From NCBI GenBank assembly GCA_963731625.1, contig CAVSWH010000001.1:1066685-1130684 (forward strand): 64,000 nt of DNA, in the 5' to 3' direction. Shown one piece after another: positions 14,373 through 23,921 of the stretch (positions are counted from its first letter, which is position 1; each line of letters starts with the position of its first letter). The DNA comes from an uncultured Actinomycetes bacterium (GTDB taxonomy: Bacteria > Actinomycetota > Acidimicrobiia > IMCC26256 > PALSA-555). The notes under the pieces were generated by a model. The model made no database searches. It saw nothing but the letters and a program-made list of their open reading frames with translations, and was not told the origin of the DNA. Position numbers and translations under genes: made by a program.

Positions 14373-15218
14373 TCAGCCGCTTGTGAGGTCGGCCGGGAAG
14401 AACACGGCACCGGCCGTGCCGAGCCCGGTGTGCGCCGTGACCGACGGGCCGACCTCGTAGCGGACCAGCTCCTCGACGTTGGGCCGCCCCTCGAGGCGAC
14501 CGGCGAGCGCGGCGGCGAGCTCGGGCGCCACGGCGTCGCCTACGCCGACGCGCAGCCGGGACGCGGCCGGCGGCCTCCTCGACGACGGTGGCCATAGCGC
14601 CGACCGCGTCCTCGACGTCGCGGGCGTGCGCCACGACGTCCATCGTCCCCCCGCGCAGCGCCAGCACGGCGACGCCCAGCTCGGCCTCGGCCGCCGCGTC
14701 CCCGCGCAGCCGCCCGCCCCGCTTCGCGAGCTCGAGCGCCCCGACCACGAAGACGTTGCCGACCGACTCGCCCGCCGCGGCGCGCTGCGACCGCAGCGGC
14801 GGCGAGCGACCCGCCGGCCTCGAGAACGGTCCCGGCCGCCCACACGCAGCACGCCACGGGGAACGAGGCGGTCCCGGTGTCCACGAGCTCGACCGGGATC
14901 GGGCTCTGACGGGCGGCGATGCGGGCGCTGTCGAGCGTGGCCGAGGTGTTCGAACCGATGTGCACGGACAGGACCGCTTCGGCGCCGTCGGCGGCCGCCG
15001 CCTCGTAGGCCGCGACGAAGGCGCCGGGCGGGGGCGCCGCGGTGGAGACGCGTCGCGCCCCCGGCGAGCCGCTCGTTGAAGGCGCTCGTCGACAGGTCGA
15101 CGCCCTCGGCGTAGGGCTCACCGTCGACGACGACCGTCAGCGGGACAACTCGGGCGGCGAAACGGGCGCGGAGCGCCTCGGGCAGCATGGCGTTGGAGTC
15201 GGTGACGAGGGCGATCAT
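14373..15218 (-). pseudogene. DegV-family fatty-acid-binding protein, multiple frameshifts
   Basis: MIALVTDSNAMLPEALRARFAARVVPLTVVVDGEPYAEGVDL / STAAPPPGAFVAAYEAAAADGAEAVLSVHIGSNTSATLDSARIAA...VELVDTGTASFPVACCVWAA / ...VRYEVGPSVTAHTGLGTAGAVFF, spread over three frames. ATG overlaps the plsY stop (ATGA). Confidence 0.7.
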
Positions 15219-15816
15219 CGCTCGCGGGCGGCGTAGAACTTTACGAGGATGCAGGCCGCGCCGACCGTCTGCGAGATCGGCAAGCGCCACGCTCGGATGC
15301 GGGCCCCACAGGTTCGGGAGGTCGGCGAGCCACCACACCACCGACGCGGCGATCCACACGGTCGTGCTGGCCTGAATCGTCCGGCGAGCTGTCGCGCAGC
15401 ACGAGCGCGCCGGCCGCCGCCACGGCGGCGTCGAGCGGAAAGAAGACGGGGAAGACCGCGAGGACGGTGCCCGCCGACGTCGCGACGCCCTTCCCCCCAC
15501 GAAACCCTGTCCAGACGGGCCAGATGTGGCCAACGATCGCCGCCGTGGCACCGGCGAACGCTCCCGTCGGACCCGCGATCGCCCAGCCGAGCAGCCCGGC
15601 GCCGATCCCCTTCCCCGCGTCGACGGCCATCACGACGCCGCCCCAGACGCGGCCGACCACCTGCGCGGTGTTGAGCCCGCCGGGGTTGCCGCTCCCCGAG
15701 GTCCGGATGTCGAGTGACCCGCGCGTCGCGAGCCGCGTGACGAGCACCGCCGTGGGAAAGGTGCCGACGACGTAGCCGACGACGACGGCGGCCGCGACCG
15801 TCAACGCGTCGCTCAC
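15215..15816 (-). pseudogene. plsY: Glycerol-3-phosphate acyltransferase PlsY, C-terminal frameshifts
   Basis: ORF 15241-15816 carries GSGNPGGLN, GKGIGA and HIWPVWTGFRGGKGVATSAG. The hydrophobic C-terminus continues in other frames (TIQASTTVWIAASVVWWLADLPNLWGP...) down to the stop at 15215. Confidence 0.75.
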
Positions 15817-15828
15817 CGACGACGAGGC

Positions 15829-16857
15829 TCAGCCGCCGGACACGTCTTGCGGTCGCGCCTTGCCCTGGCCGATCCACGGCATCATCGACCGCAGCCGCTC
15901 CCCGACCTCCTCGATCGGATGCTCCGCGGCGCGGCGGCGCAACGCGTTGAACACGGGACGACCCGCCTGGTTCTCGAGGATCCACTCCTTCGCGAACTCG
16001 CCGGAGCGGATCTCGTCGAGGATCGTGCGCATCTCCTCGCGCGTCTCGTCGGTGATGATCCGCGGACCTCGCGTCATGTCCCCGTACTCGGCGGTGTCGG
16101 AGATCGAGTAGCGCATGTTGGCGATGCCGCCCTCGTAGATGAGGTCGACGATGAGCTTCACCTCGTGGAGCGTCTCGAAGTAGGCGGACTCGGGCTGGTA
16201 GCCGGCCTCGACGAGCGTCTCGTAGCTCGACCGGATCAGCTCGGTGAGCCCTCCGCACAGCACGACCTGCTCCCCGAAGAGGTCGGTCTCGGTCTCCTCC
16301 TCGAAGGTCGTGTCGAGCACGCCGGCGCGGGTGGCCCCGATCGCCTTGGCGTAGGCGAGCGCCGTCTGCTTGGCCTTGCCGGTCTCGTCGGCGCTCACCG
16401 CGACGAGCGACGGCACCCCGCCGCCCTCCTCGAACGTGCGCCGGACGAGGTGCCCGGGCCCCTTCGGGGCGATCATCCACACGTCCACCCCGGGCGGCGG
16501 CTTGATCTGGCCGAAGTGGATGTTGAAGCCGTGCGCGAACGCGAGCGAGTCGCGGTCCTCGAGGTTCGGCGCGATGTCGCGCTCGTACACCGCAGCCTGC
16601 TCGGTGTCGGGGAGCAGCACCATGATGACGTCGGCTTCCTTCACGGCCTCGGCCGTCGGGAGCACGCGGAGGCCGGCCTCCTCGGCCTTCGCCCAGGAGC
16701 GCGACCCCTCCCGGAGCCCCACGCGGACGTCGACGCCGGCGTCTCGGAGGTTCAGCGCGTGGGCGTGACCCTGGGAGCCGTAGCCCAGCACGGCGACCTT
16801 GCGGCCCTCGAGAAGGGCCAGATCGGCGTCGGCGTCGTAGTAGATCGAGGCGGGCAT
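15829..16857 (-). CDS. ilvC: Ketol-acid reductoisomerase
   Basis: [44 protein letters not shown]... ATG at 16857 lies inside the longer tracked ORF 15829-17121. Confidence 0.93.
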   Translation of the reverse strand: MPASIYYDADADLALLEGRKVAVLGYGSQGHAHALNLRDAGVDVRVGLREGSRSWAKAEEAGLRVLPTAEAVKEADVIMVLLPDTEQAAVYERDIAPNLEDRDSLAFAHGFNIHFGQIKPPPGVDVWMIAPKGPGHLVRRTFEEGGGVPSLVAVSADETGKAKQTALAYAKAIGATRAGVLDTTFEEETETDLFGEQVVLCGGLTELIRSSYETLVEAGYQPESAYFETLHEVKLIVDLIYEGGIANMRYSISDTAEYGDMTRGPRIITDETREEMRTILDEIRSGEFAKEWILENQAGRPVFNALRRRAAEHPIEEVGERLRSMMPWIGQGKARPQDVSGG

Positions 16858-16975
16858 CGAGTCCCCCGTGGGTCTGGAATCGCTCGTCAGGCTACAGAAG
16901 AAACGGGCCCACCGAGCCGGCGAAACCCGGGAGCGCACCGAGCGCGTCGCCCGTGCGCGAGACCCGGAGCGGTCC

Positions 16976-19480
16976 GTGCGTTTAGCCTCGGGCGACGCGT
17001 CGGACCGGGGGGATCCGTTGCAGAAATACTGGCGCTGGCTCGGCCTGAACCTCGGCAAGCACTGGATCGTCGTGCTCGTCGTGGGCGCCGTCGCCACCCT
17101 CGCCATCGGGTTCGGCGCCACGAAGCTCCAGTTCTCGACGAGCCAGAGCAGCTACCTCAACACCAGCGACCAGGTCTACAAGGACAACGTCAAGTACCAG
17201 GGCCTCTTCGGCGGTGAGGCGATGGTCGTGCTCGTCACGATGGACCCGGGCCACACGGTCTCCGAGCTGTTCACCCCGGCCGACGTCGCGCAGTGGCAGC
17301 GCTTCGCGGCGCAGCTGCATCGCAGCGGGAAGATCGACAACGTCGTCACGCCGCTGAGCGCGCTGGAGTTCAACGACGCGCTCGTGTCGAGCCCGACCGG
17401 CGACCCGACCAAGAGCGTCGCCGGCCAGATCCTCCTCGACACGACGGCCCGTGACCCCTCGCCCACCAGCCAGGCGCTCCGCAACGCCGACTCGGCGCGC
17501 ACGCTGCAGCGCCTCAGCGCCATCCCTGTCGCCCAGCGCACCATCCAGAACCCCGCCTACCTGAACTTCCTCCTCTACGACAACCAGGGCACCATCCGCA
17601 CGCCGCTGCTGGCGAACTTCCCCGACCCCCACCACGCCCAGGTCGTGGTGCGCCTGCCGGGCAACGAATCGATCACGCAGGAAGGCGACGCGGCGGTCTA
17701 CATCCAGCAGCTGGCCAGCCAGCTTCACCTGGGGCCGGTCACGATCGTCACTACCGGCGCGCCCTCGCTGCTGAAGAACGTCAACGACTACCTGACCGGC
17801 GGGATGTTCACCCTGGGCGCCCTCGCGCTGGCCGTGATGGCGCTGATCCTGCTCCTGCTCTTCAGCGTCCGCTGGCGGCTCCTCGCGCTCGGGATCGTGA
17901 TGATCGGCGTGTTGTGGGCGTTCGGCATCCTCGGCTACCTCGGCATCCCGCTGACCATCGTCACGATCTCGGGGCTCCCGGTCATGCTCGGCATCGGCAT
18001 CGACTACGCGATCCAGATGCACGCCCGCATCGAGGAGGAGGTCGTCGTCGACCGCGCAGCGCACCCGATCCAGGAGACGGCGGCCAACCTCGGGCCAGCG
18101 CTGCTCGTCGTGACCTTCGACGCCATCTTCGCGTTCGCCGCGCTGCACTTCGCGAAGGTCCCGATGCTGCGCGAGTTCGGGGTGCTGCTTGCCGTCGGGG
18201 TGGCGGCGATCTGCTTCAACAGCATCATGGGGCCGCTCGCCATCCTCGGGATCCGCGAGTACAAGTCGCCGACCAAATCGCGTGACTTCCGCACCGGCCC
18301 GCTCGGCCGCCTCGTTGTCTGGCTCGGTCAGGTGCCGGCGAAGTGGACCGTGTACCTCGCGGGAGCGAGCCTGCTCGTCTTCCTCGGTGGGATCGCGGTC
18401 GAGGGTCGCCTCGTGCTCCAGACCGATCCCCAGCAGTGGGTGAACCAGAAGTCGTCGGTCATCAAGGACCTCAACACGCTGAGCCGAGAGACGGGCTCGT
18501 CCAGCGAGCTCGGCGTCTTCGTGCAGTCCCGAGACGTGTTCGGCAACCCGACCGTCGCCTTCGTCGACCAGTTCTCCCGACAGCAGCTCGCCAAGCACCC
18601 GCAGACGCTGCTCACCGCCACGAGCATCGTCGAGGTGGTCAGCGACCTGAGCGACGTCCCCGGGGCCGGCCACGTCACGCCGACCGGGGCGGAGGTCCGC
18701 GCCGCGTGGGCGGTCGCGCCGCGCGACATCCAGGTCTCCACCGTCGCGCCGGTGAAGGACGCGATGAACCTCATCTTCCGGACGGGACCCAGCGGGCTCG
18801 CGGCACGGGCCGTCGTCGTGCACGAGATCCCCAAGACCACGAAGCCGCCCCCTGGCGTCCACGCCACGCCGTCCGGCCTCGCCGTCGTGGGCGTCGGGCT
18901 TCTGGACAACCTCGAGGCCAACCGCGTCGAGCTGACCTACTTCGCGATCCTCTTCGTCTTCCTGTTCCTCGCCGTCCGGCTGCGCAGCGTCATCCGCGCC
19001 GTGCTGTCGCTCGTCCCCGTGCTCATCGCCGTGGGGGCCGCGTCCCTCATCGCCTACGGCCTGAGCCTGAAGCTCAGTCCGCTCACGGCGGTCGGCGGAC
19101 CACTCGTCGTCGCGGCCTGCACCGAGTTCACGTCCCTGATCCTGCTGCGCTTCGTCGAGGAACGGCGGCGGGGCTACTCGCCCCGGGCCGCGGTCGACGA
19201 GACCGCGTCCCGCACGGGACGCGCGTTCTTCGTGTCCGCCCTGGCCGCGGTCGCCGGCGTCGCCGTGATCGCCACCTCATCACTCCCGCTGCTGCGGGAC
19301 TTCGGCATCGTGGTCGGGATCAACGTCGCGATCGCGCTGCTCAGCGCGCTCGTCATCCTCCCGCCCATCCTCGTGTGGGCCGAGCAGCGCCGCTGGATCA
19401 CGCGTGGCCTCGTCCCACCGGAGCTGCTCGACCGCGCGACGACCAGCCGCGACAAGGTCACGGCGCCGGCGCCCGACTAG
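16976..19480 (+). CDS. MMPL/RND-superfamily membrane exporter
   Basis: Two blocks of transmembrane helices, each preceded by a large extracytoplasmic domain. Start is uncertain: the in-frame GTG at 16976 avoids overlap with the ilvC start region. Confidence 0.8.
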   Translation: MRLASGDASDRGDPLQKYWRWLGLNLGKHWIVVLVVGAVATLAIGFGATKLQFSTSQSSYLNTSDQVYKDNVKYQGLFGGEAMVVLVTMDPGHTVSELFTPADVAQWQRFAAQLHRSGKIDNVVTPLSALEFNDALVSSPTGDPTKSVAGQILLDTTARDPSPTSQALRNADSARTLQRLSAIPVAQRTIQNPAYLNFLLYDNQGTIRTPLLANFPDPHHAQVVVRLPGNESITQEGDAAVYIQQLASQLHLGPVTIVTTGAPSLLKNVNDYLTGGMFTLGALALAVMALILLLLFSVRWRLLALGIVMIGVLWAFGILGYLGIPLTIVTISGLPVMLGIGIDYAIQMHARIEEEVVVDRAAHPIQETAANLGPALLVVTFDAIFAFAALHFAKVPMLREFGVLLAVGVAAICFNSIMGPLAILGIREYKSPTKSRDFRTGPLGRLVVWLGQVPAKWTVYLAGASLLVFLGGIAVEGRLVLQTDPQQWVNQKSSVIKDLNTLSRETGSSSELGVFVQSRDVFGNPTVAFVDQFSRQQLAKHPQTLLTATSIVEVVSDLSDVPGAGHVTPTGAEVRAAWAVAPRDIQVSTVAPVKDAMNLIFRTGPSGLAARAVVVHEIPKTTKPPPGVHATPSGLAVVGVGLLDNLEANRVELTYFAILFVFLFLAVRLRSVIRAVLSLVPVLIAVGAASLIAYGLSLKLSPLTAVGGPLVVAACTEFTSLILLRFVEERRRGYSPRAAVDETASRTGRAFFVSALAAVAGVAVIATSSLPLLRDFGIVVGINVAIALLSALVILPPILVWAEQRRWITRGLVPPELLDRATTSRDKVTAPAPD

Positions 19481-19589
19481 CGCGGGGCCGACCTGACGGG
19501 CCGATGAGGCCGCCGTAGTCGCACGGCGCGCGCTGGAGCGGGCATGATGCCTGCCCGTGTGGGTGCTCCGATCGAGGCAACGCTAGCGA

Positions 19590-20274
19590 ATGGTCGTAGA
19601 ACGTCGTCGACTGGTGCGACGGGTGCCCGAGCGCCTGAAGGAGTGGTGGATCGAGCGGGTCGTCAACGAGTTCGCACGGATCTACTACCAGCGAAGCGGC
19701 CAGACCTGGATGCGGACCTACTGGCTCGGCACCCAGATCTTAAAGAACCCCGCGGACATGTGGATCTATCAGGAGATCCTGCACGAGGTTCGGCCGCAAC
19801 TCATCATCGAGACCGGCACCGCGCACGGTGGATCGGCGCTCTTCCTCGCGTCGATCTGCGACCTGCTCGAGCAAGGGCGGGTCGTCACGGTCGACGTGGC
19901 GGCGCTGGAGGGACGACCCGACCACCCGCGGATCTCCTACGTCCAGGGATCGTCGACGGACGAGGCGATCGTCGGCGACCTCGCGAAGGCAGCCGAGACG
20001 TCGAAGCCCGTGTTGGTCATCCTCGATTCGGACCACAGCAAACACCACGTCCTCCAAGAGCTGCGCACCTACAGCGACCTCGTCACGCAAGGCAGTTTCC
20101 TCATCGTCGAGGACACAAACATCAACGGGCACCCGGTCATGCGCGAGGCCGGCCCGGGTCCGATGGAAGCCGTGCAGGAGTTCCTCGCGCGACGACAACC
20201 GGTTCATCGTCGACTCCGACCGCGAGAGGTTCATGACCACCTTCAACCCTGGCGGCTACCTGCGGCGAATCTGA
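19590..20274 (+). pseudogene. CmcI / cephalosporin-hydroxylase-family SAM-dependent O-methyltransferase, one C-terminal frameshift
   Basis: WMRTYWLGTQILKNPADMWIYQEILHEVRPQLIIETGTAHGGSALFLA...VILDSDHSKHHVLQELRTYSDLVTQGSFLIVEDTNING. The tail continues in ORF 19828-20274 (DDNRFIVDSDRERFMTTFNPGGYLRRI). Confidence 0.75.
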
Positions 20275-20317
20275 ACGCGACGGCGGCGTTACGACGCGAG
20301 TGCCCGGCACGAACCGG

Positions 20318-21121
20318 TCACGCGTCGTAGAAGAAGGGCGGGTGCAGTCCGGCGACCGTCCGCTCGCGTTCGGTCATGGCGCGGGCGATCGCTGCGCTCG
20401 AGAGGTGATTGACGGAATCGGTGGTGCGGATCCGCTGGGCGATGTCCCGCCGGCCGTAGTGGACCTGTAGGAAGTAGCGGCCCCGGCCTCCGGGTTCGGC
20501 GGGCAGGCCCCGGTGCCACGCGTCGGACACGAAGAGCGCGACGTCGCCGGCGGCCAGCTCGAGGACGGCGGGTCGTCGCCCGTCGTACGTGACGTTCTCG
20601 TCGAGCGTGAAGGGCGCAACCCGCCCGCTCCGATGGCTGCCCGGAACGACGGCCGTCGGTCCGTCGGGGCGGCTGCAGTCCTGCAGCATGACGTGGGTCG
20701 CAACCGCGAAGACCGGGTACGGGATGCGGTCGTCCCACGGCACGTCGTCGGGGCGCGGGATGTGCGGGCCGGCGTCGCAGTGCCAGGGTCCGCCGGCGAA
20801 GTCCGGTGGGTTCCGCCACGCCGTGTTGGCGATGACGTGGCAGTCGTCGCCAAGCAAGGGCTCCACGACCGCGAGCATGCGGTCGTGGGCGAGCGCCTCC
20901 TGGCACGCCGCGCTGCGGTTGAGCATCTCGTAGCGGAACTGCGCACTGTCGGGACGCGAACGTTCGTCGGGAAACGCATCGAACGCGGCGTCGATCTCGT
21001 CGCGCATGCCGGTCACCTCTGCCGCGGTGAACACGCCGGGGAGCACCGTATAGCCGTCCCGCTCGAGCTGCGCGCTCTCCGATGGCGCCTCGGCAGGGTC
21101 GCGCAGGCCGAGGTTCATCAT
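20318..21121 (-). CDS. Phytanoyl-CoA dioxygenase (PhyH) family Fe(II)/2-oxoglutarate oxygenase
   Basis: MMNLGL...ERDGYTVLPGVFTAAEV...GPWHCDAG (HxD)...VVPGSHRSG (distal His). ATG-ATG at 21121. Confidence 0.8.
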   Translation of the reverse strand: MMNLGLRDPAEAPSESAQLERDGYTVLPGVFTAAEVTGMRDEIDAAFDAFPDERSRPDSAQFRYEMLNRSAACQEALAHDRMLAVVEPLLGDDCHVIANTAWRNPPDFAGGPWHCDAGPHIPRPDDVPWDDRIPYPVFAVATHVMLQDCSRPDGPTAVVPGSHRSGRVAPFTLDENVTYDGRRPAVLELAAGDVALFVSDAWHRGLPAEPGGRGRYFLQVHYGRRDIAQRIRTTDSVNHLSSAAIARAMTERERTVAGLHPPFFYDA

Positions 21122-21266
21122 GAGGCGGCGAATCACGTCGGTACGGTATCGCCCGGCGTTGCTGACCGACGCGCGCTGGCGGAGCCCCTCGCGACCGCGG
21201 TGATCACCGTTTCGCGTCGCGCAAGAGTCCCGAGCCGGATGCGCGGCGCCGACCGAGCCCAAACGC

Positions 21267-21309
21267 GAGTCGGCCGGCGCACCGGATGGTCCCGGTGCGC
21301 CGGCGACTC
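21267..21309 (-). terminator. Hairpin terminator candidate downstream of the htrA-like gene
   Basis: About 18-bp GC-rich stem (GAGTCGCCGGCGCACCGG / CCGGTGCGCCGGCcGACTC, one bulge) and a 6-nt loop. On the minus strand it is followed by GCGTTTGGG. It starts 17 nt after the stop at 21326. Confidence 0.5.
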
Positions 21310-21325
21310 GTCGCCCAGCCGTTGG

Positions 21326-22696
21326 CTAGGCGGGAGGACCTGCGACGAGCGCGATGCTCGCCTGCTGCTGGTTCCCGGAGCCGTCGACCCACGTGACGCT
21401 CACGTGGTCGCCGACGTGGTGACCGTTGAGCGCCGACGTGACGTCCGAGGACGTCGCCACGTTGTTGCCGTCGATCGAGGTGATCGTGTCACCGGCCGCC
21501 AAGCCGGCCGACGCCGCGGGCGTCCCGGACTCGACGCCGCTGATCTGGAGGCCGGACGTCGACTGGCCGCCGAGGCCCGAGCCGCCGCCGAAGTCGGAGC
21601 CGCCGGTGCTGCCCTGGCCGCCGGTGCTGCCCTGGCCGCCGGCGCTGCCCTGGCCGCTCGTGTCCTGCACCTCGATACCGAGGATCGCACGGGTGCCGAC
21701 GGTGACGTTGCCGCTCGACTTCCCGGACTCGATCTGATGCGCGATCGTCAGCGCGTTCTGGATCGGGATGGCGTAGCCGGTCGTGCCCGAGCTCGAACCC
21801 GAACCGGAACCGGACCCGCCCGAGCTGTTCCCGCCGCCCAGACCCGAGCCGCCGCCGTAGGACCCGCCGCCCAGCGAGCCGCCGCCGAACGATCCGCCGC
21901 CGAAGGAGCCGCCGAGGCCGCCACCGAGACCGGAGCTCGGGTCGAGGCCGGCGCCGCCACTGGACCCGTACCCGGCGCCCGGCCCGTAGGCCGAGCCCGG
22001 CGACGTCGTGGCCGCCTGGCTCGACGAGCCGGCGCTGTCCATGCCGACCACCTGGCCGTTCGCGTTGACGAGCGGGCCACCGGAGTCACCCGGCTGGATG
22101 TTCGCGTTGATCTGGATGAGGTCGTTCAGCGTCTCGGGGTTCGAGCCGTTGTCGTCGGTCGCGGTGATCGTCTGGTTGACCCCGGTGACCTGGCCCGGCG
22201 CCGTCGCGGGCGTGCCGCCCTTGCCGAGCGCGTTCCCGAGCGCCAGGACGGAGTCACCGACCGAGGGCTTCGTGCTGCTCGCCGTGATCGTCGGGAGCTT
22301 CGGGGCGCCCTCGACCTGGAGGAGCGCCACGTCGTCGGTGGCGTCATATCCCTGCACCTTGGCGCTGTAGCTCTTCCCGCTCGCGATGGTGACGCTGACG
22401 CTGGTCGCGCCGTCGATCACGTGGTTGTTCGTGAGCACCTCCCCCGAGGAGGTGATCACCATCCCTGTCCCCGCGGCGGCACCCTGCGCGAGCGTCGTGT
22501 TCACGTCGACGATCGCCGGGTCCACGCTGGACGCGACGCCGTTGACGTCAACGCTGCTGGACCGCGTCGTCGCGGCCAGTGCGGGCGCGGCGAACGCCAG
22601 CGAGCTTGCCGCGACCGCGGCGGCCGCCAGTCCCAGCCCCGCCAGTCGGGGGCGCCGGCGGTCACGGGCCTCTGTCGAACCCCTGCCAAACCCCAT
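21326..22696 (-). CDS. HtrA/DegP-like (S1C) serine protease with a PDZ domain and two Gly/Ser-rich low-complexity inserts
   Basis: Catalytic triad TNNHVIDG / DDVALLQV / GDSGGPLV. PDZ: LQISGVESGTPAASAGLAAGDTITSIDG. N-terminal Arg-rich signal/anchor. Confidence 0.85.
   Translation of the reverse strand: MGFGRGSTEARDRRRPRLAGLGLAAAAVAASSLAFAAPALAATTRSSSVDVNGVASSVDPAIVDVNTTLAQGAAAGTGMVITSSGEVLTNNHVIDGATSVSVTIASGKSYSAKVQGYDATDDVALLQVEGAPKLPTITASSTKPSVGDSVLALGNALGKGGTPATAPGQVTGVNQTITATDDNGSNPETLNDLIQINANIQPGDSGGPLVNANGQVVGMDSAGSSSQAATTSPGSAYGPGAGYGSSGGAGLDPSSGLGGGLGGSFGGGSFGGGSLGGGSYGGGSGLGGGNSSGGSGSGSGSSSGTTGYAIPIQNALTIAHQIESGKSSGNVTVGTRAILGIEVQDTSGQGSAGGQGSTGGQGSTGGSDFGGGSGLGGQSTSGLQISGVESGTPAASAGLAAGDTITSIDGNNVATSSDVTSALNGHHVGDHVSVTWVDGSGNQQQASIALVAGPPA
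21601..21657. repeat. Three tandem copies of an 18-nt unit inside the htrA-like gene
   Basis: ccggtgctgccctggccg / ccggtgctgccctggccg / ccggcgctgccctggccg, encoding GQGS(T/A)G on the minus strand. Confidence 0.8.
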
Positions 22697-22749
22697 CGTG
22701 CTCGTCTCCTGCGCTCACGGTGCGGTCGCTCCGCACCCTTCTCATGAGC

Positions 22750-22775
22750 AACGCCGGGTCCACAGCGGCGGTTCC
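22750..22775 (-). promoter_or_regulatory. Candidate ECF-sigma promoter (GGAAC-N17-CGTT) upstream of the htrA-like gene
   Basis: Minus strand reads GGGAACCGCCGCTGTGGACCCGGCGTTGC, about 55-80 nt upstream of the ATG at 22696. Motif match only. Confidence 0.35.
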
Positions 22776-22921
22776 CGCGCCGCGACGCGCGCGTGCAGCG
22801 CCGCAACCCTGTGTTTGCAACGGTCAGCGGCCGAAACCTGAGACGGGCCTGAGAGGGGCACGCGCGCCGCGCGGCGTGTACCCGCCGCGCGTCGACGGGT
22901 GAAGGCCTCAGAGGACGCGCG

Positions 22922-23911
22922 TCACGGTCCTTGGCCGGGCACCGCGAGGCGCAGCAGTGTGCCCGCCTCCGGCGACGGCTGGTGGAGGTGCGGCGCGGCG
23001 AGCCAGACGGCGCCGGCGCCGACCGAGATGCCCTCCGCGCCGCTCGGCGCGGCGTAGGTGGCGAGCACCGCACCGGTCGCGTCGTCGAGCTGGGTCACGA
23101 CGGCGCGGTGGCTGAGCGCCCAGGCGGACGACCCAGCGACGGCGACGCCGTTCAACGCGTCGGTGTGGCTGTCGACGAGCGTGCTGGTGGAGGCGTCGAG
23201 GCGCTGCGCCGTGCCGCACGATCCCCAGACGGCCGCGGGGCCGCCGGCGAGCGCCGCGCAGTCCGGGGTGACGGCGCTCGGGGTCACGGCGCCCGTGGTC
23301 GGGTCGACCCGCCACAGCATGGCCTGCTGGTTGTCGAGCGACCGGCCCGACGCCCAGACGGCACCGTCGCCGATCGTGACCCCGAAGCCGATCGCGCCGA
23401 TCTGCTCGCCGGCCGCGACGGCGGGTTCGACGCCGCCGAGCGCGACACGCGCCGTGACCGCGTTCGTCGTCGGGTCGATGCGGCTGAGCACGGCGCCGGA
23501 GTCGAGCACCCAGACGGCGCCGAGCCCGACGGTGATCGCCGCGGGCGCGCCGCCGAGGTCGACGCGGGCGACGACCTGGGCGGTGTCCGGGTCGACGCGG
23601 GCGACGGCGTCGGGCCCGTCGAGCACGCCGGCCCAGACCTGGTCGGCGGCGACGCCGATCGGCGTCGTCGCGCCGGCCACGTGCACCACCTGGTCGGTCG
23701 TCGGGTCGACCCGGGCGAGGTGACCGAGATCGCCGACCCAGACCCCGGTGGGGCCGACCACGACCCGGTCGGGCGTGCCGCCCACGACGACGCTGTGCAC
23801 CGCGACGGTCGAGGCGCCGCCGGGACCGGCGGCCAGGGGCACCGCGACACCGACGGCGATCGTCACCGCCACCGCGCGCAGCGAACCGGCGAGCCGTGAC
23901 GACCCGGTCAC
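22922..23911 (-). CDS. Secreted beta-propeller-like repeat protein
   Basis: Signal-like N-terminus, then repeated blocks (VDPTT..V...V.LGG.P..I.VG.GAVWV). The GTG at 23911 leaves 10 nt after the ilvN stop; the tracked ORF extends to 23962. Confidence 0.6.
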   Translation of the reverse strand: MTGSSRLAGSLRAVAVTIAVGVAVPLAAGPGGASTVAVHSVVVGGTPDRVVVGPTGVWVGDLGHLARVDPTTDQVVHVAGATTPIGVAADQVWAGVLDGPDAVARVDPDTAQVVARVDLGGAPAAITVGLGAVWVLDSGAVLSRIDPTTNAVTARVALGGVEPAVAAGEQIGAIGFGVTIGDGAVWASGRSLDNQQAMLWRVDPTTGAVTPSAVTPDCAALAGGPAAVWGSCGTAQRLDASTSTLVDSHTDALNGVAVAGSSAWALSHRAVVTQLDDATGAVLATYAAPSGAEGISVGAGAVWLAAPHLHQPSPEAGTLLRLAVPGQGP

Positions 23912-23921
23912 GCCGCTCCGG

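Noticed and set aside
14373-15551. 392-aa ORF read as a single gene
   Set aside because: It is a chimeric reading: its N-terminal part is an out-of-frame reading of plsY and only parts match DegV. It is better explained as two frameshifted genes (degV 14373-15218, plsY 15215-15816).
5864-15816. Programmed ribosomal frameshifting as the explanation for the broken genes
   Set aside because: There are too many sites, of both +1 and -1 sign, with no shared slippery heptamer or downstream structure. They occur in unrelated genes that are single ORFs in other bacteria.
21551-22036. Repetitive Gly-codon DNA as a possible CRISPR array or PE/PPE-PGRS-like gene
   Set aside because: The repeats are short (18 nt or less), in frame and lack spacers. 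They sit within a protease that has an intact catalytic triad. There are no cas genes and no PE/PPE N-terminal domain.
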